Source: a virus (lineage: Duplodnaviria > Caudoviricetes). Taken from it: DNA of 39,218 nt. The notes beneath the pieces are model-generated. The model was not told the DNA's origin. It did not search any database and was given only the letters and a program-made list of their open reading frames with translations. Made by a program: the position numbers and the translations under genes. This document shows, piece after piece, positions 1 through 9,444 of this stretch. Numbering within the stretch: position 1 is the first letter of the stretch; every line of letters begins with the position of its first letter. The DNA lies in the IMG/VR virus record IMGVR_UViG_3300012921_000069, positions 1 through 39,218 of that record. The stretch is one strand, 5' to 3'.

Positions 1-357
1 ATGACCCCAAAAATGAAACCCGAACTAGGAGCGTCGACATCGGCGCACGGTGAGGAATCGGTAACCCCTGAGTGCATTGTTCAGATGCTGCGCGCCCAAG
101 GGACTTCCATGTCCGAGGTCGCTCGGGTGGTTGGGAAGTCCCCGGTTTCGGTGCGCCGCGTCATCTACGGCGAGTCGAAGAGCCGATTCATCGCGAACAC
201 GATCGCCGCCTTCCTTGAGGTGCCCGTGGACACGCTTTGGCCGGGCGCCTACCCGGATCGATACACGCGCAGCGCGCCGAACGTTCTTGCGCGGCTGCAC
301 CGTGCACTCCAGATCGCAAGCGCCCGATCTCCTGCTCAAGCCGAAGAGGTGGTTTGA
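1..357 (+). CDS. ner: Ner-like (Cro-like) HTH early regulator
   Basis: LRAQGTSMSEVARVVGKS HTH and IAAFLEVPVDTLWPGAY C-terminal motif typical of Ner; first gene of the early operon. Exact start uncertain. Confidence 0.8.
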   Translation: MTPKMKPELGASTSAHGEESVTPECIVQMLRAQGTSMSEVARVVGKSPVSVRRVIYGESKSRFIANTIAAFLEVPVDTLWPGAYPDRYTRSAPNVLARLHRALQIASARSPAQAEEVV

Positions 358-465
358 AGCCGTGTTCATCTGCCTTCCCAATGTTCGTTCAGCGATGACT
401 GAATTTTACGACGCGAAACGGAATTCACCCGGACGCAACAGCGCTCTTTGTTTGGAGGGTGCGTC

Positions 466-948
466 GTGGGCCTGAATCCAAGAAGGCGGGCGTATTGGAA
501 GTCGTACGTTCCGGCCACGCTGAAGGACGCGTTGTACGGCTGTATCGAGTACGCCAAGGACGCGCGAAACCTCAGCGTCGAGCGCATCGCGGACCTGTGC
601 GGCATCAACAGCCGGGACACGCTCTACAAGTACATCAGCGAGGCGCGGCTGCCGGTCGGGCTGGTGCTGGCCTTCGAGGCTGCATGCGGCATCAACCTGA
701 TCAGCCGCTGGAACGCCAGCGCGAGCGGCCAGCTGCTGCTCGACATTCCCAAGGGCAAGACGGCGACGCCCGACGACATCAGCAACCTGCAGGCCGCGCT
801 GCACGCCGCGGTGGGTGACCTGTTGTCCTTCTACCGCGACGAGAAGAGCGCCGACGAGGTGCTGGCGTCGGTGACCGCCGGGCTGAATCAGCTCGCATGG
901 CACCGCGCCAACGTCGCGAAGCACAACCAACCGGAGCTTGACCTGTGA
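466..948 (+). CDS. Phage early protein with putative HTH
   Basis: GGAGG at 454-458 before GTG 466; LSVERIADLCGINSRDTLYKY is HTH-like; stop overlaps the next start (GTGA). Confidence 0.7.
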   Translation: MGLNPRRRAYWKSYVPATLKDALYGCIEYAKDARNLSVERIADLCGINSRDTLYKYISEARLPVGLVLAFEAACGINLISRWNASASGQLLLDIPKGKTATPDDISNLQAALHAAVGDLLSFYRDEKSADEVLASVTAGLNQLAWHRANVAKHNQPELDL

Positions 949-1274
949 GCGACAAGAGCGACGCCACCAGTCAGCGCGCAGTGCTGCGCGCGATGAAGAT
1001 CATGAAGGTGCTCAAGGGACACACGGACCGCGGGCTGAGCCTCACGCAGATCTCGAAGGCGCTGGGCGAGAACGCCAGCACCGTCCTCAACACACTGCGC
1101 GCGATGGCCGTCGAGCAGATGGTGATCCAGTACGACGACAGCCAGCACTGGGCGCTGTCGGTCGCGTGCTCGCAGATCCACGCCGCCACCGATGCCGAAC
1201 TCACGCGCATCGCCACGCGCACCGCCGAACGCCGCCAGCGCATCAATGCCGCCATCGCAGAAGTCGGCGGCTGA
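945..1274 (+). CDS. IclR-type winged-HTH protein (DNA-binding domain only)
   Basis: RAMKIMKVLKG...GLSLTQISKALGENASTVLNTLRAM matches the IclR N-terminal HTH pattern; no effector domain. Confidence 0.75.
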   Translation: MSDKSDATSQRAVLRAMKIMKVLKGHTDRGLSLTQISKALGENASTVLNTLRAMAVEQMVIQYDDSQHWALSVACSQIHAATDAELTRIATRTAERRQRINAAIAEVGG

Positions 1275-1302
1275 TTCCTCAACCAACGGAGATCACAAGA
1301 AC

Positions 1303-2241
1303 ATGGCACGCCCCAAGAAAGCCGAAGTCGAGGCCGTCGAAACAGGTATCGACACGCCGCAGGCCACGCATGCGCTGCAGACGCTGCAGCAGTCCGGCGC
1401 GGCGATGATCAATCAGGTCGCGCAGCAGCTTGAACAGGCCGAGTACAGCCGATCCGCAGCGATCACCACGATTCAGGGGCTGATGGCGAACGCCAGCCTG
1501 GTCATGTACGAAATCGGCCGCGTGCTGTGCTGGGTGCGCGCCAACGAGCCGGCGGAAGAGTTCGTCGCGTTGCTCGATCAGGTCGGTATGGAAAAGCGCC
1601 TGGCACAGAAGCTGATGCAGACCTTCCGCAAGTTCAGCGCAGCGCTGACGGGCGAACAGCGCAACAGCGTGCTCGGCCTGGGCCGCAGCAAGCTGCTCGA
1701 ACTGGTCGCGCTCGACGACGAAGAGCTGCAGGCGGTGGCCGACGGCGACAGCGATCTGGGCACCATCGACGAAATCGACGCGATGAGCACCAGCGAGTTG
1801 CGCGCCGCCATCCGCAGAGAGCGTGAGAAGGGCATCGCCGAGGCCGAAGCGAAGGACCGGCGCCTGAGCGATCGCAATCAGCGCATCGAGAAGCTGGAAG
1901 ATGAGCTGGAAAAGCTGCAGCACGGCACGAAGGACGAGAGGGTACGCGCCGCCCGCGCGGCCGATCGCCACGCCGTCGAGCAGGTGCAGGGCGCCACGCT
2001 CGCGCTGCTGGCGCAGGTCGAGGCCTTCGATGTGGCGATCGCCGACATCCTGGCGCACGCGTCACAAGGCGGCGGAAACGCCGTCAGCCTGCGCCGCATC
2101 GCGACCGACAGCCTGAACTTCGCGTTCCAGCGCATCGCCGATATCGCACGCGAGCGTGAAATGGACGTCGACTTCCAGGCAGTGGTCGAACCCGAGTGGC
2201 TGAGCGCCGTCGAGGGTATGTCCAAGGGTGTCGGGGCCTGA
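1303..2241 (+). CDS. DUF3102-like coiled-coil protein preceding the transposase
   Basis: GGAG RBS then ATG 1303; EIGRVLCWVR...AQKLMQ...LGRSKLLELV...DEIDAMSTSELRAAIR motifs; position typical of transposable phages. Confidence 0.7.
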   Translation: MARPKKAEVEAVETGIDTPQATHALQTLQQSGAAMINQVAQQLEQAEYSRSAAITTIQGLMANASLVMYEIGRVLCWVRANEPAEEFVALLDQVGMEKRLAQKLMQTFRKFSAALTGEQRNSVLGLGRSKLLELVALDDEELQAVADGDSDLGTIDEIDAMSTSELRAAIRREREKGIAEAEAKDRRLSDRNQRIEKLEDELEKLQHGTKDERVRAARAADRHAVEQVQGATLALLAQVEAFDVAIADILAHASQGGGNAVSLRRIATDSLNFAFQRIADIAREREMDVDFQAVVEPEWLSAVEGMSKGVGA

Positions 2242-2242
2242 C

Positions 2243-4006
2243 ATGCACGCCGCCGACCTCGCCATCATCGACCTGCTGCGCGCCTACGCCACGCGCATCG
2301 CCAGCGCCGGGCACGGGGCGAAGAATGCCATCGTCGCCGAGGCGTGCGAGCGCCTGCAGATGAGCCAGGCCACGCTGTACAAGCGCATGGGCGAACTGGG
2401 GCTGACGCGCGCACGGAAGCGGCGCAGCGACGCCGGCACCACGCGCGTTCCGGCAGAGGTGGCGCGAATCGGCGGCGGTCTGGTGGCGCTGGCCACCCGC
2501 GCGAACGGCAAGCGCACCATGACGATCAAGGGTGCGGCCCGGCAGTTGATCGCAAACGGACTCGGCGCGGTGGATGAAGACACCGGCGAAGTGGTCAGCT
2601 TTTCCACCAGCACGCTTTCGCGGGCGATGCGCCTGCATCAGTGCCACCCCGATCAGCTCGCCGTGCCGAGCGCTCACACCAACCTGGTGAGCCTGCACCC
2701 TAACCACGTGTGGCAGGTCGATTGCTCGGTGTGCGTCATCTTCTACGCGCCCGAAGGCGGGCTGCGCGTGAAGGCCATCGACGACACGGACGTCTACAAG
2801 AACAAGCCAGACGCGGTCGCCCGTGTGGCGCGCGACCTGTGTTTGCGCTGGGCCATCGTCGACCACACCAGCGGCGCGTTCTACAGCGACTACCACGCCG
2901 GCGCGGAAGACTCGACCAGCTTCAACGAGTTCTTCATCCGCGCCATCCAGCAGCGCGCCGGCCAGCCTTTCCACGGCGTGCCGCGCATCCTGATGCTCGA
3001 CCCCGGTGCCGCCGCGCGTGCCGCTACGAGCCGCAACCTTCTGGAGCGCCTGGGCGTGCAGGTGATCCAGCACCGCCCGAAGAACCCGCGCGCGAAGGGC
3101 ATGGTCGAGGGCCTGCACAACCTGATCGAGCGCGAGTTCGAAGGCCTGCTGCGCCAGTGGAAGCCGGCCGACATCGACGCGTTGAACACCTGGCATCACC
3201 GCTGGCGCGTCGCCTACTGCGCCACCGAACGCCACAGCCGGCACGGCATGACGCGCTTCGGCGCATGGACACGCATCCGCGAAGACCAGCTCGTACTGGC
3301 GCCGCCGGTCGAGTTGTGCCGCGAGCTGGTGGTGTCGCGCCCGGTCGAGCGCACGGTGACCGGTGACCTGTCGATCAGCTACGCCTGCCCCGGCCACAAG
3401 AGCGCGATCTACACCCTGCGCCACCTGCCCGACGTGTATCCCAAGCAGAAGGTGCGCGTGGTGGTCAATGCCTACCGCCTGCCGGATGTCGATGTGCTGG
3501 TCGATGCGCCCGACGGCACGGTGGCCACCTACACCGTGTCACCGGCCGAGCTGAACGAGTACGGCTTCATAGCCGGTGGCGCCGTGATCGGTGAGGGCTA
3601 CAAGGGCGCGCCGAAAAACGAGGCGCAGCGCCAGCTCGACCGCATCGCGCAAGAGGCCTACGGCCTGCCCAGCATGGATGACGCCAAGCGCCAGCGCGCG
3701 CAGCGCACCGCCTTCACCGGCGACGGCGGCATCACGCTGAACCCGTTCGCTCATATCGAAAGCGCCCAGTTGCCTGCCTACCTGCCCAAGCGCGGGCGCG
3801 AGCACGGCGCGCAGATCGCCGCGCGCGACCTACCGAACGTCGAGATCACGCAGGCCGTGCGACGGCTGCGCACGGCGGGGGACAAAAGCAGCGATCTGTA
3901 TGCGCGCCTGTCGGCGCAGTTCGGCGATGGCTTCGTGCCGGCCGACTGGCTGCAGGCGGAGGTGGATGCACTGCGCGGCGCCGAGCGCCAGCAGGCAACG
4001 GGCTGA
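2243..4006 (+). CDS. Transposase A (DDE / integrase-core fold)
   Basis: N-terminal HTH and RKRRSDAG; HPNHVWQVD (first D), ILMLDPG (second D), PRAKGMVE (E). Confidence 0.93.
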   Translation: MHAADLAIIDLLRAYATRIASAGHGAKNAIVAEACERLQMSQATLYKRMGELGLTRARKRRSDAGTTRVPAEVARIGGGLVALATRANGKRTMTIKGAARQLIANGLGAVDEDTGEVVSFSTSTLSRAMRLHQCHPDQLAVPSAHTNLVSLHPNHVWQVDCSVCVIFYAPEGGLRVKAIDDTDVYKNKPDAVARVARDLCLRWAIVDHTSGAFYSDYHAGAEDSTSFNEFFIRAIQQRAGQPFHGVPRILMLDPGAAARAATSRNLLERLGVQVIQHRPKNPRAKGMVEGLHNLIEREFEGLLRQWKPADIDALNTWHHRWRVAYCATERHSRHGMTRFGAWTRIREDQLVLAPPVELCRELVVSRPVERTVTGDLSISYACPGHKSAIYTLRHLPDVYPKQKVRVVVNAYRLPDVDVLVDAPDGTVATYTVSPAELNEYGFIAGGAVIGEGYKGAPKNEAQRQLDRIAQEAYGLPSMDDAKRQRAQRTAFTGDGGITLNPFAHIESAQLPAYLPKRGREHGAQIAARDLPNVEITQAVRRLRTAGDKSSDLYARLSAQFGDGFVPADWLQAEVDALRGAERQQATG

Positions 4007-4019
4007 GCCCGGAAGGAAT

Positions 4020-4102
4020 TCGGCCCCGGTGCTGCGAACACCGGGGCCGAGGGTGGGCGGATTGCGATTGCAAGCGAACTTGCACCAGATCGCAAACCGC
4101 CC
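4020..4102 (+). other. Two stem-loops in the transposase A/B intergenic region
   Basis: TCGGCCCCGGTG/CACCGGGGCCGA (4020-4050) and GGGCGG-A-TTGCGAT-TGCAAG-cgaa-CTTGCA-ccag-ATCGCAA-A-CCGCCC (4055-4102). Confidence 0.7.
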
Positions 4103-4131
4103 GGACTGCAACGACGACGAGAGGTTACCAC

Positions 4132-5397
4132 GTGAGCACACACACATTGCGGGCCATCCCGACACCGGCCGGTACCGCCTACATCAACCCGAATCTTGAA
4201 TGGACGCGTCCGATGAAGCTGCGCGAAGTCATGACCGCCAACGGCATATCTCACAGCATGTTGCGACTGGCAATCCGCGGCACCGACGGCGAGCTGCTGG
4301 CGCGATCCACCGTGACCACCATCCTCAGCCGCGACGTATGGCCGCAGCGCACCCCGCGCGAATGGATCGAGAAGCAGATCCGCGACTACCTGCGCAGCCG
4401 CGGCCTGGCCGAAGCCGATCACGCCGACCTGTTCGGTTCCGAGATCGACGCCGCGCCCGACCTTTCGCGCATCCGTCCGCGCAAGAACGACGTTCCCGCC
4501 CCCGATCAGGAATTCCACGCACCGGAGCCCGCCATGCTGTCACCCCAAGCCCGCAAGCATTTTTCAATGTTCCGCGAACCGTTCCCGCAAGACCTGCACG
4601 GCGCCGATGAAGTGTTTCTCGGCCCCGATCAGCTGTATGCGAACGAAGCCCTGTGGGACGCCGTCAAGAACAACCGCCTGTTCGCGCTGGTCGGCGAATC
4701 CGGCGCCGGCAAATCGACGCTGATCGACCTGCTGCGCGACCGCATCCAGCGCGAGCAACTGCCGGTGCGCCTGCTCAACGTCAGCACGCCGGACAAGAGC
4801 GAAGTGCGCGGCCGAGCCGTGCTCGAAGCCATCGTGCGCGATCTCGACTCGGATGCGAAGATCCCGTCGAGCAATGAAACGCTGAGTCGGCTGGCGCACA
4901 AGCTGCTCGCCGAGTCGGCCGAGGCCGGGCAGCACACGACGCTCATGTTCGAAGAGGCGCACGACCTCACGGTCGACGCGCTGAAGCTGCTGAAGCGCTT
5001 TCACGAGTTCAAGGTGGGCTGGCAGAAGCTGCTGTCCATCGTGCTCATCGGTCAGCCCGAGCTGACCAAGAAGCTCAACGCCAACGCTGCCGGCGTGGCG
5101 CGCGAAGTGGCCCGCCGCCTCGAAGTGCACACGCTGCTGCCGCTCGACTCCGACCTCGAAGACTTCGTCGCGCACCGGCTGAAGGTGATCAACGTCGACG
5201 CCAGCAAGGTGTTCGCCGCTGACGCTTACGACGCCGTGCGCCAGCGGCTGGTGGCGCTGGTCAGCGTCGGCCAGGCGAAAGAGCGGGTTTCGATGTGCTA
5301 CCCGCTGCTGGTCGGCAACCTGCTCACCAAGGCGATGAACGAAGCCGCCCACCTGGGCGCGGCCAAGGTCGACGCCAACATCGTGCGGAGCTGCTGA
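4132..5397 (+). CDS. Transposition ATPase B (ExeA/AAA_22-like) with N-terminal HTH
   Basis: Walker A GESGAGKS, Walker B LMFEEAH, IVLIGQPEL, EVARRLE; directly follows the transposase. Confidence 0.92.
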   Translation: MSTHTLRAIPTPAGTAYINPNLEWTRPMKLREVMTANGISHSMLRLAIRGTDGELLARSTVTTILSRDVWPQRTPREWIEKQIRDYLRSRGLAEADHADLFGSEIDAAPDLSRIRPRKNDVPAPDQEFHAPEPAMLSPQARKHFSMFREPFPQDLHGADEVFLGPDQLYANEALWDAVKNNRLFALVGESGAGKSTLIDLLRDRIQREQLPVRLLNVSTPDKSEVRGRAVLEAIVRDLDSDAKIPSSNETLSRLAHKLLAESAEAGQHTTLMFEEAHDLTVDALKLLKRFHEFKVGWQKLLSIVLIGQPELTKKLNANAAGVAREVARRLEVHTLLPLDSDLEDFVAHRLKVINVDASKVFAADAYDAVRQRLVALVSVGQAKERVSMCYPLLVGNLLTKAMNEAAHLGAAKVDANIVRSC

Positions 5398-5398
5398 C

Positions 5399-5734
5399 AT
5401 GAGCGCGACTGTCTCTTATGTGCGCCCGCAACGCACCGTGCCCGAGCCGGTTTCGCCGCTCAACGCCGTGTTCCTGAACGCCACCATCGCCATCGCGCAG
5501 GCGGTCGGCGTGCTGACCGACATGGGGCTGCGCATCATCAACGTGCAGATGGCATGGGGTGCGCTGCCGACCATCCACCTCGCCGAATGCGAAGCGCTGC
5601 GTGAGCGCGTCGAGCGCGACGAAGCCGCGTACTACCACTGGTCGACCGACGAGGCGACCGGCAGGCAGTTCCGTCACGGGCAGTTCCAGATCTGCGGCGT
5701 GCGCTGCATCTGGGTCGAGCAGCTGGGCCACTGA
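5399..5734 (+). CDS. Hypothetical early protein
   Basis: Starts just after the ATPase stop; codon usage like its neighbours. Confidence 0.7.
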   Translation: MSATVSYVRPQRTVPEPVSPLNAVFLNATIAIAQAVGVLTDMGLRIINVQMAWGALPTIHLAECEALRERVERDEAAYYHWSTDEATGRQFRHGQFQICGVRCIWVEQLGH

Positions 5735-5749
5735 GCGAGGGCGGCGGCG

Positions 5750-6520
5750 ATGGAAAGAGACAGCGGCGTCACCGAACAGTTGTGCGACTACATCGCCGCT
5801 CACGGCGTGGTGCGCAGCACGGACATCCGCGAGGCGTTCCCGAGCATCGGGACCAACCTGCAGACCATGCTCAAGCACCCGCTGGCCAATCGCTACCTGG
5901 TGAGCTGCATCGTCAAGGCACAGGACCGCCGCGGCGTCATGAGGGAGATCGCCGAATACCGGCTCAGTGAAACAGCCAAGGGCCGCAGCTACAAGGAGTG
6001 GAAAGCCAAGTTCGACCCCGATACGCGGGGCGATCTGAAGCCCCAGAAGCTGCCGCCGCGCGCCGCCGCTGCTCTCGCTGTTGCCGTCACGCGCGAAACG
6101 CTGGTGACGATGGCATCGCCTCGCTCCCCTCGCTTGAAGGGCCGGGTCGAGTGCGCCGAGGCTGGCAGCGACACCCTCGCCATGCACCTCAACAGGCCCG
6201 CCGTTCAACGAACGACAGCCCCCCAGCTGGAGGTGGGGAAAAACACCGGCTCTGCAGGATTGGTTACTCCAACGAGTGCACCTTTCGCCGAGGCCTGCAG
6301 CGTTGCACCCACACCGGCCGCGGAGCGCGCCAACGCCACCGCGGCCGGTGGCGACGAGATCACCGCCACCTGGTGCCTGCACAGCGACGGCTCGATGCAG
6401 CTCGCCAAGGGCGGCGTGAGCCTCACGCTCGCGCCGGCCGAGGCCCTGCGCTTCGCCCAGCTGTGCGGCCTGGTCACGCCCTACCTGACCGATATCCGGC
6501 CCGGCAGCGGCACGCACTGA
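5750..6520 (+). CDS. Hypothetical protein; possible N-terminal winged helix and low-complexity linker
   Basis: GAGG RBS; helical N-terminus followed by a beta hairpin, then an Ala/Pro/Thr-rich middle. Confidence 0.6.
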   Translation: MERDSGVTEQLCDYIAAHGVVRSTDIREAFPSIGTNLQTMLKHPLANRYLVSCIVKAQDRRGVMREIAEYRLSETAKGRSYKEWKAKFDPDTRGDLKPQKLPPRAAAALAVAVTRETLVTMASPRSPRLKGRVECAEAGSDTLAMHLNRPAVQRTTAPQLEVGKNTGSAGLVTPTSAPFAEACSVAPTPAAERANATAAGGDEITATWCLHSDGSMQLAKGGVSLTLAPAEALRFAQLCGLVTPYLTDIRPGSGTH

Positions 6521-6530
6521 GGAACCCGCC

Positions 6531-6911
6531 ATGTCCTTGTCTCAGCCACATTCCCAGTCGCATTCCCAGCACGGCAAGCAGCCACGCATCGCGAGCAAGA
6601 GCGATCTGCTCGCCAGCCTGGCGCAGAACGGCAACAGCGGCGCGCACCGCGGCGTCACCGCGCGCCGCCTGTGCGCCCGCCTCAACTGCCATGAGCGCCA
6701 CCTGCGCACGCTCATCACCGAGCTGCGCGAAGACGGCATCGCCATCTGCGGCACCCCGCGCGAGGGCTACTACATCGCCATCCGTGCCAGCGAAGTGGAA
6801 GACACCTGCCGTTTCCTGCGCGCCCGGGCAATGAAGAGCCTGCAGCTCGAAGCGCGCCTGCGCCGCATCCCGCTGCCCGAGCTGCTGGGCCAGCTGCGGC
6901 TGGAGACCTGA
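6531..6911 (+). CDS. Winged-HTH phage protein
   Basis: GVTARRLCARLNCHERHLRTLITELREDGIAICGTPREGYYIA; GAGG RBS. Confidence 0.8.
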   Translation: MSLSQPHSQSHSQHGKQPRIASKSDLLASLAQNGNSGAHRGVTARRLCARLNCHERHLRTLITELREDGIAICGTPREGYYIAIRASEVEDTCRFLRARAMKSLQLEARLRRIPLPELLGQLRLET

Positions 6912-6915
6912 CGCC

Positions 6916-7170
6916 ATGACCACCGAGAACCCGAAACACCCGCTGATCGGTCGCCGTGTGCGCGTGTCGCACCAGGCGCGGCACTACCGGAACCGCTTCG
7001 GCTACGTCGTCAATGTGCTGAGCGACGACACCGTGATGGTCAGCCTCGAAGCCTACAAGCGCGCCCCCTCGCGCCGACAGGCCTACCGACTGACCGACCT
7101 GATTGTTCAACCCGTGTACCAACCCGAACAAGGAAACGACCATGAGCAAGAAGACCGCACCCCCGCCTGA
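6916..7170 (+). CDS. Small hypothetical protein, KOW/SH3-like beta pattern
   Basis: IGRRVRV...YRNRFGYVVNV...VMVSL resembles a KOW motif. Confidence 0.55.
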   Translation: MTTENPKHPLIGRRVRVSHQARHYRNRFGYVVNVLSDDTVMVSLEAYKRAPSRRQAYRLTDLIVQPVYQPEQGNDHEQEDRTPA

Positions 7171-7759
7171 ACTGGTGGCCATCCGCGAAGCCGCCCAGCG
7201 CCTCGCCATTGCCAACCGCGAACTGACCGTGCGCGCCGAGCTGCAGCAGCGCGAGCTGGCCGCGGCTGTCGCACCCATCGCCGAGAAGCACCGCGCCGGC
7301 ATCGACGAAGCGGCGGCGCAGCGCGCCGAAGCCGAAGCCGAGCTGGCGACTCTGCTGAAAGCGTCGCCGAGCCTCTTCCAGTCGCCGCGCAGCCTCACCG
7401 TCGATGGCGTGAAGTGCGGCTATCGAAAGGAAGAAGACTCGCTCGACTGGGGCGACGATGACCTGGTGATCAAGCGCATCGAAGACCTGCACCCCGAGCT
7501 GTACGACCTGCTGGTGCGGGAGAAAAAGACGCTGGTCGCCGACGCACTGGCGCAGCTCGAACAGCGCCAGCTGGCAAAGATCGGCGTGCGCCTGGTGAGC
7601 GGTGCCGACAAGGCATTCATCAGCATCGGCGAGAGCGACGTCGACAAGCTGGTGAAGGCCATCCTGTCCGACGCCCAGCGGCGCGTCGCCGACGAAGACA
7701 AGCCCGCGAAGAAGAAGGCGAAGGCCACCGCGAAAACCCGTTCCCGCGAGGTGGCGTGA
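7142..7759 (+). CDS. gam: Mu Gam-like host-nuclease inhibitor (DNA end protection)
   Basis: AAGGA RBS; long coiled coil then LFQSPRSLTVDGVKCGYRK...LAKIGVRLV; position in the early operon. Confidence 0.8.
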   Translation: MSKKTAPPPELVAIREAAQRLAIANRELTVRAELQQRELAAAVAPIAEKHRAGIDEAAAQRAEAEAELATLLKASPSLFQSPRSLTVDGVKCGYRKEEDSLDWGDDDLVIKRIEDLHPELYDLLVREKKTLVADALAQLEQRQLAKIGVRLVSGADKAFISIGESDVDKLVKAILSDAQRRVADEDKPAKKKAKATAKTRSREVA

Positions 7760-7995
7760 TGCCCGGCGCCTACATCGACACCTACCGCGCGCCCGGTGTC
7801 GTCGCGCGCCTGCGCCACCGGCTCGCGGTGTGGCGCATCCGCCGCCGCATCGAAGAGCTGCGCGACGCCACCATCATCGGCCGCGAAATGATCCGCAACG
7901 ACCAGGCGCTCATCGCGCGGCAGGAAGAGCAGATCGCCGCCCTGAAGGGCGAGCTGCTGCAACTCGGAGGGCTGACGACATGCGAGAAGTCATGA
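7759..7995 (+). CDS. Hypothetical coiled-coil protein
   Basis: TGATG coupling to gam; ATGA overlap with the next gene. Confidence 0.65.
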   Translation: MPGAYIDTYRAPGVVARLRHRLAVWRIRRRIEELRDATIIGREMIRNDQALIARQEEQIAALKGELLQLGGLTTCEKS

Positions 7996-8234
7996 ACCTC
8001 ATGGTCGAGGTGCCGCTGTGGGCCATCGCGGTCTTCGGCCTCATTGGCCTGCTGCTGATAGGCCTCGACGGCTGGCGCGCCCAGCAGTGGCAGCACCTTG
8101 CCATCCTCGCCGCCCGCATCGGCACCCGCCCGGCCGACACGCTGCCCGACCCCGCCGGCGCACTCGACGCTGCCGCCGCCTCAGTTTCAACCCCGCCGGG
8201 TGACCGGCCAACCACCAGGAGCACCACAGCATGA
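7992..8234 (+). CDS. Small membrane protein
   Basis: Hydrophobic VPLWAIAVFGLIGLLLIGL; ATGA overlaps at both ends. Confidence 0.6.
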   Translation: MNLMVEVPLWAIAVFGLIGLLLIGLDGWRAQQWQHLAILAARIGTRPADTLPDPAGALDAAAASVSTPPGDRPTTRSTTA

Positions 8235-8500
8235 ACCAGCAAGAACTCATCCGCGCCGTAGCCGACGTGTCCGGCCATCCGAAGAAGGACGTCGAGCACA
8301 TCCTGAAGTCCCTGGGCGAAGTCGTGGCCATCGAGGTCGCCCGCGAGGAAGTCACGCTGCCCGGCATCGGCAAGCTGAAACCCAAGACCCGCGCCGCCCG
8401 CACCGGCCGCAACCCGGCCACCGGCGACGAGGTGCAGATCCCGGAGAAGGTGACCGTGACGTTCAAGCCGGCGAAACCCCTTATCGACGCGCTGAACTGA
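8231..8500 (+). CDS. HU-family histone-like DNA-binding protein
   Basis: MNQQELIRAVA...ARTGRNPATGDEVQIP...VTFKPAKPL is the HU signature; AGGAG RBS. Confidence 0.95.
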   Translation: MNQQELIRAVADVSGHPKKDVEHILKSLGEVVAIEVAREEVTLPGIGKLKPKTRAARTGRNPATGDEVQIPEKVTVTFKPAKPLIDALN

Positions 8501-8509
8501 CCCCAGCGG

Positions 8510-8531
8510 GAAGCCTCGCGTGCGGGGCTTC
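8510..8531 (+). other. Hairpin downstream of the HU gene
   Basis: GAAGCCTCGC-GT-GCGGGGCTTC inverted repeat; no U-tract, so a terminator role is uncertain. Confidence 0.4.
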
Positions 8532-8564
8532 ACGGTGTGATCAGACAGACGAAAGGAGAAGGCG

Positions 8565-8855
8565 ATGTATTCGTTTCAGGGTGTTGATCTGGTGGCGTTC
8601 GTGCTGGCCTGCATGTTGGTGGGCATGGTGGGGCGCTGGGTGCTGATGGGCGAGCTGCCGGTGATCTGGGCGGCGTTGAAGATCCTGGTCGGGCGACGAA
8701 GCGATAAGGACATGTACTCGTTCCGGAACCGTGAGCTGTCCAGTCTCTTGCTGGTGTTCGTTGTGCTCGGCGTGTACATCGCCTGGGGGGTTCTCGAAGT
8801 CGTGCCGCTGCTATGGGAAATCGTGAAGCCGTGGATTGATGGGGTGATGCGATGA
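8565..8855 (+). CDS. Accessory membrane protein, two or three hydrophobic segments
   Basis: Strong AAGGAG RBS; LVAFVLACMLVGMVG and LLLVFVVLGVYIAWGVL segments. Confidence 0.7.
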   Translation: MYSFQGVDLVAFVLACMLVGMVGRWVLMGELPVIWAALKILVGRRSDKDMYSFRNRELSSLLLVFVVLGVYIAWGVLEVVPLLWEIVKPWIDGVMR

Positions 8856-9097
8856 GCTACCCCACTCTCGAAGAGCGCCGCGCCGTTCTGGTGAAGCTCA
8901 ATCAGCTCAACGCCATCGCGAAAAGGCAGCGCGACGCAGCCGCGGATGCCCATGAGGCGAACACCCGCTGGAACGAAGCGCACAAGGAGTACGCCGCTTG
9001 CTGGGCCGAGTTCGTCGCGGAGCACGGGGAAGGCGAAGCGCCGCAGTGGATGGAAGCGCTGCGCGGCCCGAAGCCGGTTGTGAAAGGCGGTGCGTGA
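8852..9097 (+). CDS. Hypothetical helical protein
   Basis: ATGA and TGATG coupling on either side. Confidence 0.65.
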   Translation: MSYPTLEERRAVLVKLNQLNAIAKRQRDAAADAHEANTRWNEAHKEYAACWAEFVAEHGEGEAPQWMEALRGPKPVVKGGA

Positions 9098-9444
9098 TGA
9101 AGCGCATCTACATCAGCGGCCCGATGTCCGGTCTGCCCGAGCACAACTTTCCCGCTTTCCACGGCGCTGCGGCAAAGCTGCGCGCGGTCGGCTACGAGGT
9201 GGTCAATCCGGCGGAGATCAATGAGGACACCACGCTGACGTGGGAACAGTGCCTGCGCGCCGATATTCGCGCGCTGTGCGACTGCGACACCGTCGCCCTT
9301 TTGCCCGGCTGGGAAGACAGCAAGGGCGCACACCTGGAGGTGCATGTCGCGCACCGCTTGGGCATCAAGGTGAAGCGCATCGAAGATCTGGTGACGTGGG
9401 TTCTGAGCATGGAAGAGCACACAGCGGAGTTGCCCTATGTCTGA
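9097..9444 (+). CDS. DUF4406 family (nucleoside deoxyribosyltransferase-like fold)
   Basis: MKRIYISGPMSGLPEHNFPAF...VVNPA...CDTVALLPGWEDSKGAHLE. Confidence 0.9.
   Translation: MKRIYISGPMSGLPEHNFPAFHGAAAKLRAVGYEVVNPAEINEDTTLTWEQCLRADIRALCDCDTVALLPGWEDSKGAHLEVHVAHRLGIKVKRIEDLVTWVLSMEEHTAELPYV

Noticed and set aside
384-397. TTCGTTCAGCGATG, a partial match to the late motif in the early region
   Set aside because: Only a half-site with a broken extension; likely chance.
6541-6570. Short tandem CATTCCCAG repeat encoding HSQSHSQ
   Set aside because: Only two copies in a low-complexity N-terminus; too short to imply phase variation.
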